Shown here in pieces: positions 25,328-34,319 of a stretch of 59,690 bases of DNA; the stretch's first letter is position 1, and the number at the start of each line of letters is the position of its first letter. A model generated the notes under the pieces. That model was not told where the DNA came from. It ran no database searches and worked only from the letters and a program-made list of their open reading frames with translations. The stretch comes from Candidatus Sulfotelmatobacter sp. (GTDB lineage: Bacteria > Patescibacteriota > Microgenomatia > Levybacterales > UBA12049). Location: positions 1 through 59,690 of the forward strand of contig DATMOG010000096.1 of assembly GCA_035568375.1 (NCBI GenBank), in the 5' to 3' direction. The translations under genes were made by a program, and so were the position numbers.

Positions 25328-25711
25328 ATGTTTAAAGCAAAAACAGCATTTAGTGGATTTTCAATAGACAACCAGGCAAAGGCACAGAAATTTTATTCAG
25401 AGGTCCTTGGTTTAGAAGTAAAAGATAGCGGGATGGGATTAGAATTACAACTCCCCAATAGTGGTACAGTATTTATATATGCAAAGGATAATCATGAACC
25501 AGCAACTTTTACCGTTTTAAATTTCGTCGTTAAAGATATTGATGAAGCAGTAGATGATCTTGTAAAAAAAGGAATACAGTTTGAAAAATATCAAGATTTT
25601 AATCAAGATGAAAAAGGTATTGCTCGAGGTATTTCTGTTAAAAGAGGACCAGACATTGCTTGGTTTAAAGATCCTGCTGGTAATATTCTTTCAGTCCTCC
25701 AAAATGTTTAA
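25328..25711 (+). CDS. VOC/glyoxalase-bleomycin-resistance family protein
   Basis: [21 protein letters not shown] and a C-terminal [11 protein letters not shown] pattern. Start trimmed from 25268 to ATG 25328. Confidence 0.75.
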   Translation: MFKAKTAFSGFSIDNQAKAQKFYSEVLGLEVKDSGMGLELQLPNSGTVFIYAKDNHEPATFTVLNFVVKDIDEAVDDLVKKGIQFEKYQDFNQDEKGIARGISVKRGPDIAWFKDPAGNILSVLQNV

Positions 25712-25817
25712 AAACCGTATCTTAGACGGGATGAAACTGCTTGCGGTAACAGTTCTGTTAATTAGTTTATCAAAAAATTTAGTAAAAGGCATTTTTTAAT
25801 ATAAATTGACTGTCTAT

Positions 25818-26891
25818 TTATAGAAAGAGCTGTCTTAAAGACAAAATTTCGTTTATACAGACCGACTTTTCTTTATTACTCATCTTATTGCAAAATTTTT
25901 CTGCAGGCTGAAGACTTCCATAATGGAGAATATATAAGTTAATCATACCTCTCAAACAGGGTTCTTGGACATTGCTTGGTCCATTTGAACAAATTATTTT
26001 AGCTAACATAGGATTATTAATATTTTGTTTTGTCATTTCTGATCCTACTCCACTTGCACAAGAAGCAATAAAAAGATAAGGAGCACTTTCACACCATTCT
26101 AAAGCCTGTGAATAACTATTAGCATGTAGATTCAAAAAATATATTGGTGCATATTCGTAGCAATTTGACATGTCTTGATATTGTTGTTGAATACAAGGGT
26201 AGAAATAATTATGTTTGCTTACATATTTGGTTGGATGAATAAAATTATCGGTAGTAAAATTCTGCATAAAAATGCCATTTACACACGCAGAATACGCAAA
26301 ATTATTTAATAACGACTTACAAAGTGTAATTGATTTAGGGACATTGTTATTAGTTGCAAACATAATACCATGTCCTATCCCATGATAGCATTCCCATGCA
26401 TTATAATTGCTTTTTTTATATCCTAGACAGATTTTATGTACTGCTTGTGTAATAGTAGTTTTATTTTCTTCGAAATAGCTTTCTAGAATACCATGCATAT
26501 AGCCTGAATTACATATTTCATCTTGAAATTGTATTGCTTTTTCAAAAGTTTTATATTTTTTGAAAGCTATATGGCCTATTTCATGTGTTAATTCATGACA
26601 ATTGCGAGATAAGGCGTTATTTGTTTTAACTTCAACTCGTAAGATTTCTAGTGCAATACGAGGATCGTGATTTTTTACAAGTAGAAAATATTTTGATTGA
26701 ATGTTTTTCCACTGATTGAATGTTAGATACGTTATATGATTAGATGTCTGCATGATAGAAAATTTGCTTTGGTCATCAGTCTTATATATTAATGCCCACC
26801 CGATTCCGATAATAATAGCCATAATGGCTAAGAAAATAATAAAGCAGAGAAGTATTTTGCGAATCTCTCTTAAAAATATTTTTTTGTTCAT
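25818..26891 (-). CDS. membrane-anchored Cys-rich protein with HExxH motif
   Basis: N-terminal TM helix. CHELTHEIGH contains HExxH. About 14 extracytoplasmic Cys occur, mostly in recurring C-x-x-G contexts. Confidence 0.55.
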   Translation of the reverse strand: MNKKIFLREIRKILLCFIIFLAIMAIIIGIGWALIYKTDDQSKFSIMQTSNHITYLTFNQWKNIQSKYFLLVKNHDPRIALEILRVEVKTNNALSRNCHELTHEIGHIAFKKYKTFEKAIQFQDEICNSGYMHGILESYFEENKTTITQAVHKICLGYKKSNYNAWECYHGIGHGIMFATNNNVPKSITLCKSLLNNFAYSACVNGIFMQNFTTDNFIHPTKYVSKHNYFYPCIQQQYQDMSNCYEYAPIYFLNLHANSYSQALEWCESAPYLFIASCASGVGSEMTKQNINNPMLAKIICSNGPSNVQEPCLRGMINLYILHYGSLQPAEKFCNKMSNKEKSVCINEILSLRQLFL

Positions 26892-26956
26892 AAGTTGATC
26901 CTTTTGCTATAATTTATACTATAGTCTATTTTATGGCATGGCAAAAGCGTCGGTAT

Positions 26957-26965
26957 TGGTATACT
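26957..26965 (+). promoter_or_regulatory. extended -10 TGGTATACT, 11 nt upstream of ATG 26977
   Basis: Implies a very short leader of about 4 nt. Confidence 0.5.
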
Positions 26966-26976
26966 AGTAGAGTTAT

Positions 26977-27705
26977 ATGAAAGATACTACACAACGTTTA
27001 AATAAATATCTTGCTAATCTTGGCATTTGTTCACGACGAGATGTTAAAGCTTTTTTGAGGGACAATAATGTGACAGTTAATGGAGTACAAGTAAAAGAGT
27101 CAGGGACTCGAATAGATCCCGCAAAAGATGACATTAGAATTAAAGGTAGTGTAGTTAAACCACCTAAACTTATCTATTATCTCATTAATAAACCAAAAGG
27201 TATTATTACAACAACTGATGATGAATATGGGAGGAAGAATATTACCTCTCTTGTCCCTTTCGTTGGCAAGATTTATCCAGTTGGTAGACTTGACAAAGAT
27301 ACAACAGGGCTTCTCATTCTTACTAATGATGGAGAGCTAACAAATTTGCTCATTCATCCCAAATATCATGTTGACAAAACTTATCGTCTGACAATTGAAG
27401 GAATCCCAACAAGTGCACAGGTTCATGCATTGCGAAATGGTGTACTATTGGAAGATGGTATTACGGCACCGGCAATTGTTCATATCTTAAAATCAACAAA
27501 TACTATTTCAGTATTAGATATAATTATTCATGAAGGCAAAAATCGTCAAATTAGAAGAATGTGTGAAGCTGTGGGAATTCGACTCTTGGAATTGCAAAGA
27601 ATTAAATTTGGTTCACTTATACTTGATAAACTTAGTATAGGGAATTACCGGCATCTTACAAACGAAGAGATTATGAAATTAAGAAAAGTAGCAGAACTAC
27701 AGTAG
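26977..27705 (+). CDS. rRNA pseudouridine synthase, RsuA/RluB family
   Basis: N-terminal S4 domain (LNKYLANLGICSRRD) and catalytic GRLDKDTTGLLILTNDG. Confidence 0.9.
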   Translation: MKDTTQRLNKYLANLGICSRRDVKAFLRDNNVTVNGVQVKESGTRIDPAKDDIRIKGSVVKPPKLIYYLINKPKGIITTTDDEYGRKNITSLVPFVGKIYPVGRLDKDTTGLLILTNDGELTNLLIHPKYHVDKTYRLTIEGIPTSAQVHALRNGVLLEDGITAPAIVHILKSTNTISVLDIIIHEGKNRQIRRMCEAVGIRLLELQRIKFGSLILDKLSIGNYRHLTNEEIMKLRKVAELQ

Positions 27706-27728
27706 CCGATTTTAATAAATATCTTTTA

Positions 27729-28088
27729 TTATTGATTATTTTCTGATCCCCCTGAAGCTGATATTTCAATCATTCGTAGACGATCCTTTGTTTCATTTAC
27801 TTTTTTCCAATTACCCATAATTTCATTATTCTTTGCTAATCTCTCCGAAAGTCCTGATTTTTCTTCAAATAATGTTGATTTCATTGGTGGTACTCTGGAT
27901 ATAACGGTACTATCAGATTTCCCTGCTTTTATAAAAAAGTATATTCCTCCACAAAGAAAAAAGATTGATAATGCAAGAAAAAAAAGATTTGCATTTGTAT
28001 TTAAGTTGATAATAAATACATATATTATCGATATGCCTCCAAAAATAAAAACTATCCCAGCAACTGTTTGTATGATTGTTTTAAACAT
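27729..28088 (-). CDS. small membrane protein (2 TM)
   Basis: Two hydrophobic helices followed by a charged tail. Orphan. Confidence 0.5.
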   Translation of the reverse strand: MFKTIIQTVAGIVFIFGGISIIYVFIINLNTNANLFFLALSIFFLCGGIYFFIKAGKSDSTVISRVPPMKSTLFEEKSGLSERLAKNNEIMGNWKKVNETKDRLRMIEISASGGSENNQ

Positions 28089-28138
28089 ATATTATTAGAA
28101 TAATAATTATTATGCATTTTGTAAATACATAATATAGA

Positions 28139-29662
28139 CTAATGTTTCAAAGATTTATTATGAATAGTAAAGAATGAGATAACGGCGCTTAGAAAGGCAA
28201 GAAGTGCATTAATGCCCATTGCCCAACGGAAGCAATAGATAAAAGAATCTTCAACCGCATTTTGTATATAAAATCTTTTTTGTATACTAAAATTTTCAGG
28301 TATAATAATTCCACCTAATTTGTTCTTTTGTGTCATGATTTGATATCTTTCATCATTTGTGAAAGATGATGAAGTCATATGCTTTGAAAGTTGAGTTCTG
28401 AAAAGGGAAATGACAATCAGCCCAAGTAAAGCAACTGCTAAAAGTCCGGCAACTCGAGCGACTGCATTATTAATTCCTGATGCTGCGCCTGAGTATTTTT
28501 TTTCCACAGCAAGAGCAGATTTGGTAAGTGGTGCAATCACAATAGCCATTCCTAATCCAAAAAGAATTAATCCTGGTAGATATTGAATAAGGTAGTTTGC
28601 ATTTTTCCCAGGTAATATTAATAAAACCATTCCAATGGAAACAATCAACGAACCGATAATCATTGGCATTCTTGGGCCGAATTTATCAGTCAATGTTCCA
28701 CCTGTGCTTGACAAAAAGGTTATTAAAAGCACTGTAGGTATCATACCAAGACCTGCATAAATCGGTGAATAATGCTGGATTTGTTGAAAATTTAATACTA
28801 GAAAGAAAATAACACCACTTAGCGCAAAATATAAAAAGAACGTTGCAAGATTAGCACCCGTTACTAAAGTAGATTGAAAAATATGGAAAGGAACGAGAGG
28901 TTCTTTAGTTCTATTCTCAACAAAAAGAAAAACAAAAAAAGCAATAATACCGAAGAATAGGCTGATAACAATAGCAGGATTTTGCCATCCAAGATCTGGA
29001 GCTGAGATTAATCCATATGAAATTCCTAACAGTGATAAAAAAATAAGTATCGCACCTTGTATATCAAGCTTTGTTGATTCAATATTGCGTGATTCAGGTA
29101 TATAACGAATGGTTAGAAATAATGCTAACAAACCTAATGGGATATTAATATAAAAAATTGAAGGCCAACCCAGTACTTGTACCAGCCATCCACCTACTAA
29201 AGGTCCTAATGCAGCAACTCCACCGGCGAATCCAGACCAAATTCCTATTGCGCGTCCACGGACAGATTCCGCAAATGTGATGTTAATAATACTAAGACTC
29301 CCTGGTACCATCATTGCACCTCCTATCCCCTGTACTATGCGAGAAATTTCAAGTTGTGTAATGGTATGGGCTATACTACAGAGAAATGAAGCTGTGATAA
29401 AAAGTCCAATACCAATTGAAAAAATTCGTTTTCTGCCAAATTTATCCCCGAGTGCTCCACTGATTAATATAAGTGAACAAAGCATTAACGTATAACCATT
29501 TACAATCCATTGGATTCCCGTAATTGTTGCATTAAGTTTTGCTTGGAGCGTCGGGATTGCAATGTTGACAACAGAGCCATCGAGAAATGCCATACCGCTT
29601 GCGAGGATTGTTGCAGTAAGGATAAGTCTGCCTTCGAGCGTTTTTATTGTAACTTCTTTCAT
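28139..29662 (-). CDS. MFS transporter, DHA2 (EmrB/QacA-like, 14 TM)
   Basis: LDGSVVNIAIP, GDKFGRKR and 14 predicted helices. Start trimmed to ATG 29662 (MKEVTIK), 7 nt after a TGTTATACT box that lies inside the longer ORF-track call. Confidence 0.85.
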   Translation of the reverse strand: MKEVTIKTLEGRLILTATILASGMAFLDGSVVNIAIPTLQAKLNATITGIQWIVNGYTLMLCSLILISGALGDKFGRKRIFSIGIGLFITASFLCSIAHTITQLEISRIVQGIGGAMMVPGSLSIINITFAESVRGRAIGIWSGFAGGVAALGPLVGGWLVQVLGWPSIFYINIPLGLLALFLTIRYIPESRNIESTKLDIQGAILIFLSLLGISYGLISAPDLGWQNPAIVISLFFGIIAFFVFLFVENRTKEPLVPFHIFQSTLVTGANLATFFLYFALSGVIFFLVLNFQQIQHYSPIYAGLGMIPTVLLITFLSSTGGTLTDKFGPRMPMIIGSLIVSIGMVLLILPGKNANYLIQYLPGLILFGLGMAIVIAPLTKSALAVEKKYSGAASGINNAVARVAGLLAVALLGLIVISLFRTQLSKHMTSSSFTNDERYQIMTQKNKLGGIIIPENFSIQKRFYIQNAVEDSFIYCFRWAMGINALLAFLSAVISFFTIHNKSLKH

Positions 29663-29669
29663 TACAAAA

Positions 29670-29678
29670 AGTATAACA
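29670..29678 (-). promoter_or_regulatory. extended -10 TGTTATACT, 7 nt upstream of ATG 29662 (DHA2 transporter)
   Basis: One of a divergent promoter pair with 29760-29768. Confidence 0.6.
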
Positions 29679-29759
29679 GAGAAATAGGAAAATTGAAGCC
29701 TGAATAAATTATGATACATTTTGGACGATTGTTGTGTGTGTGAAAACTGGCAATGTGCA

Positions 29760-29768
29760 TGGTATAAT
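29760..29768 (+). promoter_or_regulatory. extended -10 TGGTATAAT, 6 nt upstream of ATG 29775 (HD protein)
   Basis: Divergent partner of 29670-29678. Confidence 0.6.
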
Positions 29769-29774
29769 TTATTT

Positions 29775-30725
29775 ATGAAAGTCAATGATACTGTCTATGG
29801 TGTCTATGAAATTGTTTCTCCAGTTCTTATTGAGTTGATAAAGTCACAATCAGTCCAACGGTTGAAAAATATTGCTCAATTTGGTATACCCGATAAATAT
29901 TATCATCTAAAAAATTATACTCGTTATGAGCATTGTATCGGTGTTATGCTACTTCTTAAAATATTAGGAGCATCAGAAGAAGAACAAATAGCTGGATTGC
30001 TCCATGATGTGTCACATACTGCTTTTTCTCATGTTATAGATTGGGTTATTGGAAATGGAAAAACAGAAAATTATCAGGATGAACAACATGAGAAATTTAT
30101 ACATTCTTCAGAAATTCCGTCTATTTTAAATAAATATGATTATGATGCCAAAAGAATCACCGATTATCATCATTTTAACCTATTGGAGAGAGACATTCCT
30201 GATGTGTGTGCTGATAGACTTGATTATTCATTGAGAGAGTTCCCAAAAGCTATTGCAAAAAAATGCATGTCCAATTTAACTATAAAAAATAATATAATTG
30301 TATTCAAAAATAAGTCATCAGCTATTCTGTTTACAAGAAATTTTTTAGAAAGACAAATGACTCATTGGGGCGGATTTGAAGCAGCATCGCGTTATCGCAT
30401 CTTTGCAAATATGTTGCGGGAAGCAATGAAAAAAAAGATTATTGCAAAGGAAGATTTTTGGAAAGAAGATGCTTTTGTTGTCAAAAAATTAATAGCTTCA
30501 AAGGATAAGAAAATAATAAAAGTTTTAAAAACATTAGAACAAAAATCGATTTCCCATTTATCACAAAGTAATATTGTTGCACATAAAAAATTTCGATACG
30601 TTGATCCGTTATTTATAGATAATAATAAACTTATTCGAATAAGTGAAGTAGATATAAAAATTGCTGAAGAAATTGAAAGCGCAAAAAAACAGAATGAAAA
30701 AGGAATTAAGATACCTTTTATTTAA
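29775..30725 (+). CDS. HD-domain phosphohydrolase (COG1078/SAMHD1-like architecture)
   Basis: VQRLKNIAQFG, TRYEHCIGV, LLHDVSHTAFSH and ADRLDYSLRE follow the dNTP-triphosphohydrolase-like HD pattern. Start trimmed to ATG 29775, 6 nt after TGGTATAAT. Confidence 0.75.
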   Translation: MKVNDTVYGVYEIVSPVLIELIKSQSVQRLKNIAQFGIPDKYYHLKNYTRYEHCIGVMLLLKILGASEEEQIAGLLHDVSHTAFSHVIDWVIGNGKTENYQDEQHEKFIHSSEIPSILNKYDYDAKRITDYHHFNLLERDIPDVCADRLDYSLREFPKAIAKKCMSNLTIKNNIIVFKNKSSAILFTRNFLERQMTHWGGFEAASRYRIFANMLREAMKKKIIAKEDFWKEDAFVVKKLIASKDKKIIKVLKTLEQKSISHLSQSNIVAHKKFRYVDPLFIDNNKLIRISEVDIKIAEEIESAKKQNEKGIKIPFI

Positions 30726-30784
30726 ATTTTTAAACTCTAAGAGCCTGTTTGAAAAGTTAAGAAGATTTTAATACAATTGAAGAC

Positions 30785-31123
30785 ATGATAAAAATCGAAG
30801 TTAGGTCAGGAGAAGAAGTCATAGAAAAAGTGACAAAAGTTCTCCTTAAGAAAAATGTTCAAGAAGGAAGTATCGTCTCTATTGTTGGTGCAGTTGCTAC
30901 TTGTTGTATCAGTACCATGCCTAAAGATAATGCAAGAAAGGATATTCTCACTGAGTATCATGAACCATTAGAGATGTCTGGAACAGGAGAAGTTCATGAA
31001 GGAAAACCACATATCCATGCTGTTTTCGGGCGAGAAGGTAATACTACTGTTTTTGGTCATCTGCATTGGGCTCAGGTAACAGAGTGGTTTGTTCATGTGT
31101 ATATTATTCCTTTGCAGGATTAA
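30785..31123 (+). CDS. PPC (DUF296) domain protein
   Basis: GTGEVHEGKPHIHAVFGREGNTTVFGHLHWAQV is the typical DUF296 C-terminal pattern. Confidence 0.7.
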   Translation: MIKIEVRSGEEVIEKVTKVLLKKNVQEGSIVSIVGAVATCCISTMPKDNARKDILTEYHEPLEMSGTGEVHEGKPHIHAVFGREGNTTVFGHLHWAQVTEWFVHVYIIPLQD

Positions 31124-31135
31124 TAAGCGTATTCT

Positions 31136-31309
31136 TTAGCAATTCTTTTTGGCATGAGTCTTGCCATCGCGAGGAATATGAAATTCCGTATTGTCTCCAA
31201 ATCGTTCAAAATCTTTTGCTAATCTTCTGTATCTACTAATCCATGACAGTGTCTTTTCAATAATCCAGCGCTTTGGCAAGACAACAATTTTTTTTGATAC
31301 TAACCATGG
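31136..31309 (-). pseudogene. IS5/IS4-type DDE transposase C-terminal fragment
   Basis: Not in the ORF track. The minus strand reads PWLVSKKIVVLPKRWIIEKTLSWISRYRRLAKDFERFGDNTEFHI... and stops at 31136-31138. KRWxxExxxxWxxxxRRLxKDxE is the conserved end of DDE_Tnp_1 transposases. The upstream part is absent. Confidence 0.6.
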
Positions 31310-31404
31310 TCACAATTGATTAATGATATATATACCATAGGATTGATTATACGTTTGTAGATTTGTTCAATTTGATTATCTTCTATCAAATTAGTTATAT
31401 ATAC

Positions 31405-32136
31405 TTAAAATCCGGTAAATTGTTCAGTTTTAATATGCTCAATAGGAACTTTCATTTCAATTAACATTTTTGTTGCTCTATCGACCATCGGAGAAGATCC
31501 GACGATATAGAAAACGCATTTTTTTATCTCTACTATATAATTTTTCAGGAGTGCATCAGAAATATTTCCAGATTCTCCTGACCAGGAAGTCTGCGCTTCT
31601 TCAAGTGTAGTTATTATATAAATAATTTTGATATTTGGATTTTGTGATTCAATTTTTTTTAATTCATCAAAATAAACCATTTCTTCAAGAGTAGAAAATG
31701 AGGCAAAAAGAAGTATCGGAATCTTCAGATTTTTCTCTGCTGCATATTGTAAAAAACTATGAAAAGGAGTAATGCCAATGCCTCCTGCAATAAAAGCTTG
31801 TGGTTTTGTACTTTTTTGATTGAAAACAAATTGTCCCATTGGTCCAAATATTTTTATTTCATCACCTTTTTTTAGTTGGAACAATGCTGTTTTATAATTA
31901 CTCTCTCCTATTCTTGTTGCAAATGAAATAGTATCCTTATTAAGTGGTGAAGAAAATATTGTAAAAAATCGTGAAGAACCTCTCCCGTCATTTGCTGTAA
32001 TCGGCAATGTCCAACGATTATATTGCCCTGGATTAAAATCAAATCCTTGCGGTTTTTTAAAATAAAAGACATATGTACTTTTTGAAAGTTTAGTCTTTGA
32101 GAGGAAAGGAATAGAATAAGTTTGTGAATTATTCAT
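31405..32136 (-). CDS. FNR-like FAD/NAD(P)-binding oxidoreductase
   Basis: RFFTIFSSP (RxYS-type FAD motif) and GGIGITPF (NAD(P) motif). Confidence 0.8.
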   Translation of the reverse strand: MNNSQTYSIPFLSKTKLSKSTYVFYFKKPQGFDFNPGQYNRWTLPITANDGRGSSRFFTIFSSPLNKDTISFATRIGESNYKTALFQLKKGDEIKIFGPMGQFVFNQKSTKPQAFIAGGIGITPFHSFLQYAAEKNLKIPILLFASFSTLEEMVYFDELKKIESQNPNIKIIYIITTLEEAQTSWSGESGNISDALLKNYIVEIKKCVFYIVGSSPMVDRATKMLIEMKVPIEHIKTEQFTGF

Positions 32137-32206
32137 AGATTGACGCGGATTTAGTATATGGCAATTATATAGTATTGTTCAATAACAGAATGAGAAAGAA
32201 ATTATT

Positions 32207-33055
32207 TCAAATAGTTTTTATATCCTTTAATCTGCATTTTGCTATAATAGGCAAATGATCAGAGCCTGGCATACTGAGTTTTTTACAAAGAATAACTTCA
32301 ATTTGTTTTATCCAGATATAATCTAGTTTTCTCCTGATATGAACGTTAAATGTTTTAATCAACCAAGGGAAAAATCGAATACTTGTAGTAAAATCGATTT
32401 GATGAATATCCGATGTCCATCCCACATATTTTGATGCATCACTAAACTCTTTTCCAAGCTTTCTCTGTAACAATTTTTTCTCGTAGCGTGTTTTTAATAA
32501 ATCAAAGGTATTAAAATCGCCGCAAATAATTTCGTGACCCGGCGTAGCTTTTTTGTTTAACTCTGATAAAAGATATGATATCTGCTTCAAGCGATGTTTT
32601 GGTCCACCTACATTATCGATATGGATACATGTGACTCGAAATTCAATTTTATTAATAATGAAATAACATGTTGTTGCTCTTCGTTGCAAAGGAACACCTA
32701 GAACGCCAATAACTTTATAATATAATTTTTCATGGAGATCAAATCTTTTCAATTTCGGGAGTGATATTTTTTCAATCTTTTTTAATTTCAATTTCTTTAT
32801 ATTCCATAAAATTGCAGTACCGATACTTAGCTTCGAATTTTCTTTACCTACATGATATGCAGCTCTCCAGTCGTTTCCTAGTTGTTTAAGTATCCGATCA
32901 ATGATAAATACTTCATTTTGGATATGAACAATTTCCTGGAGACAAAAGATTTCTACTCCATCATTTGCCATTGCAATGATGTTAGCAATAATTTTTTCAG
33001 CAATAGTTGCAAATTGGATATTGTATGTTGCGATAATAAATTCATTTTTTTTCAT
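32207..33055 (-). CDS. endonuclease/exonuclease/phosphatase (EEP) family protein
   Basis: ATYNIQF, FCLQEI, GDFNT and GSDHLPI motifs. Confidence 0.75.
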   Translation of the reverse strand: MKKNEFIIATYNIQFATIAEKIIANIIAMANDGVEIFCLQEIVHIQNEVFIIDRILKQLGNDWRAAYHVGKENSKLSIGTAILWNIKKLKLKKIEKISLPKLKRFDLHEKLYYKVIGVLGVPLQRRATTCYFIINKIEFRVTCIHIDNVGGPKHRLKQISYLLSELNKKATPGHEIICGDFNTFDLLKTRYEKKLLQRKLGKEFSDASKYVGWTSDIHQIDFTTSIRFFPWLIKTFNVHIRRKLDYIWIKQIEVILCKKLSMPGSDHLPIIAKCRLKDIKTI

Positions 33056-33116
33056 AGCCCCTTTTTTATTATAGCGTATATTATATCAATAAATAAATTG
33101 CAATTTCTTCGTTCTT

Positions 33117-33125
33117 TGATACAAT
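33117..33125 (+). promoter_or_regulatory. extended -10 TGATACAAT, 8 nt upstream of ATG 33134
   Basis: Read directly from the sequence. Confidence 0.45.
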
Positions 33126-33133
33126 TGATGCTA

Positions 33134-33439
33134 ATGAAAGGTTCTATGCTATCAGTGATAATTATAAGCATCGGTATTATTGTTGTTATTGGTATGCTCG
33201 GATATATTATTTTAATACCATCCAATAAACAGCAAATTTCAGAGATTACGAATATGACAGTAACACCTACTATTGTGATTAAAGATTTTGCACCAAATGT
33301 TCCTATGAGTCAAAAAACAACAATTATTATTCAACTATCTGACAGTTCAAGAGAAAAATATATTGTTCCGATAAATCAAGTGAATACATATGTTAAAAGC
33401 TTGCCAGAAGGAGATCATGTAGTTTCAAAATCTCCATAA
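33134..33439 (+). CDS. small membrane-anchored protein
   Basis: The track ORF 32882-33439 overlaps the EEP gene. ATG 33134 lies 8 nt after TGATACAAT (33117-33125) and precedes the TM helix SVIIISIGIIVVIGMLGYIIL. Confidence 0.5.
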   Translation: MKGSMLSVIIISIGIIVVIGMLGYIILIPSNKQQISEITNMTVTPTIVIKDFAPNVPMSQKTTIIIQLSDSSREKYIVPINQVNTYVKSLPEGDHVVSKSP

Positions 33440-33525
33440 AAAAATTATCTTTATGTAATATTTTGAAGCCAAGAAATAATTTCAGCTTTCCTTAGTTTTC
33501 ATTGTTATTAATCAGCATAACTATA

Positions 33526-34296
33526 TCAGATATCTACTGCTTCATTGAGGGTATATATTCCAACTTTGGTTCTCAAAATATCAATGGTGACTGCACCACA
33601 TCGGATTTCTTTTCCTAATTGACTAACCAATGCTCTCACATATGTTCCACTTGAACATCTGATACGAAATTTTGCCGTTTTCAGTGTTTGTCTATCCATT
33701 TTATCAAATATTTCTTCCCAACGTTTTTTAATTGTTTCTTGTCTAAAATCACCATGAATTGATTCAATAGCACTATAAACTTTATGTTTCAATTCAATTA
33801 TTTTTATCTCCCCAAATCTTAAACAGTTGAATTCATAAATTTCTACTTTTTTTGTAGGGATCTTAATTTCGTTTAGTTTGTCATTTTTTGCCCACCAAAA
33901 TAATGGTTTCCCTTTAATTGTTTTTGAGGAATAAGGAGGATATTGTTGTTGTAAAAAACCGATATGATTATTTACAAAAATATTTACTAATATATTTACA
34001 TTGACTGGTGTTCGCTGTATTTTAGAATCTTCTAGAATTCCTAAGAGATCATAGGTGTCAGTTTTAAGGCCGAATAAAACCTCAAATTCATATATTTTTG
34101 GCAATGAAAGATAGGTATCACGTTTTTTTGTTTCTTCTCCAACCATTAGTACTAAAACACCATGTGCCAATGGATCAAGTCTTCCAGCGTAGCCAATTTT
34201 TATCTGAGAAAGTTCGGGATAGATGTAGCGTATTTTATTTATCGCTTCCAAAGGTGTCATTCCAGAAGGTTTGTTTACAACAAGGAGTTTTTCCAT
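33526..34296 (-). CDS. truB: tRNA pseudouridine(55) synthase TruB
   Basis: GYAGRLDPLAHGVLVL catalytic motif. Length and C-terminal pattern are typical. Confidence 0.9.
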   Translation of the reverse strand: MEKLLVVNKPSGMTPLEAINKIRYIYPELSQIKIGYAGRLDPLAHGVLVLMVGEETKKRDTYLSLPKIYEFEVLFGLKTDTYDLLGILEDSKIQRTPVNVNILVNIFVNNHIGFLQQQYPPYSSKTIKGKPLFWWAKNDKLNEIKIPTKKVEIYEFNCLRFGEIKIIELKHKVYSAIESIHGDFRQETIKKRWEEIFDKMDRQTLKTAKFRIRCSSGTYVRALVSQLGKEIRCGAVTIDILRTKVGIYTLNEAVDI

Positions 34297-34319
34297 AGTC
34301 GTATTTTACTATGTTTTCT

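Noticed and set aside
29663-29785. Long N-terminal extensions of the DHA2 transporter (to 29785) and of the HD protein (from 29721), which would make the divergent genes overlap.
   Set aside because: Each extension contains the other gene's and its own extended -10 box. The family-typical N-termini begin at ATG 29662 and ATG 29775.
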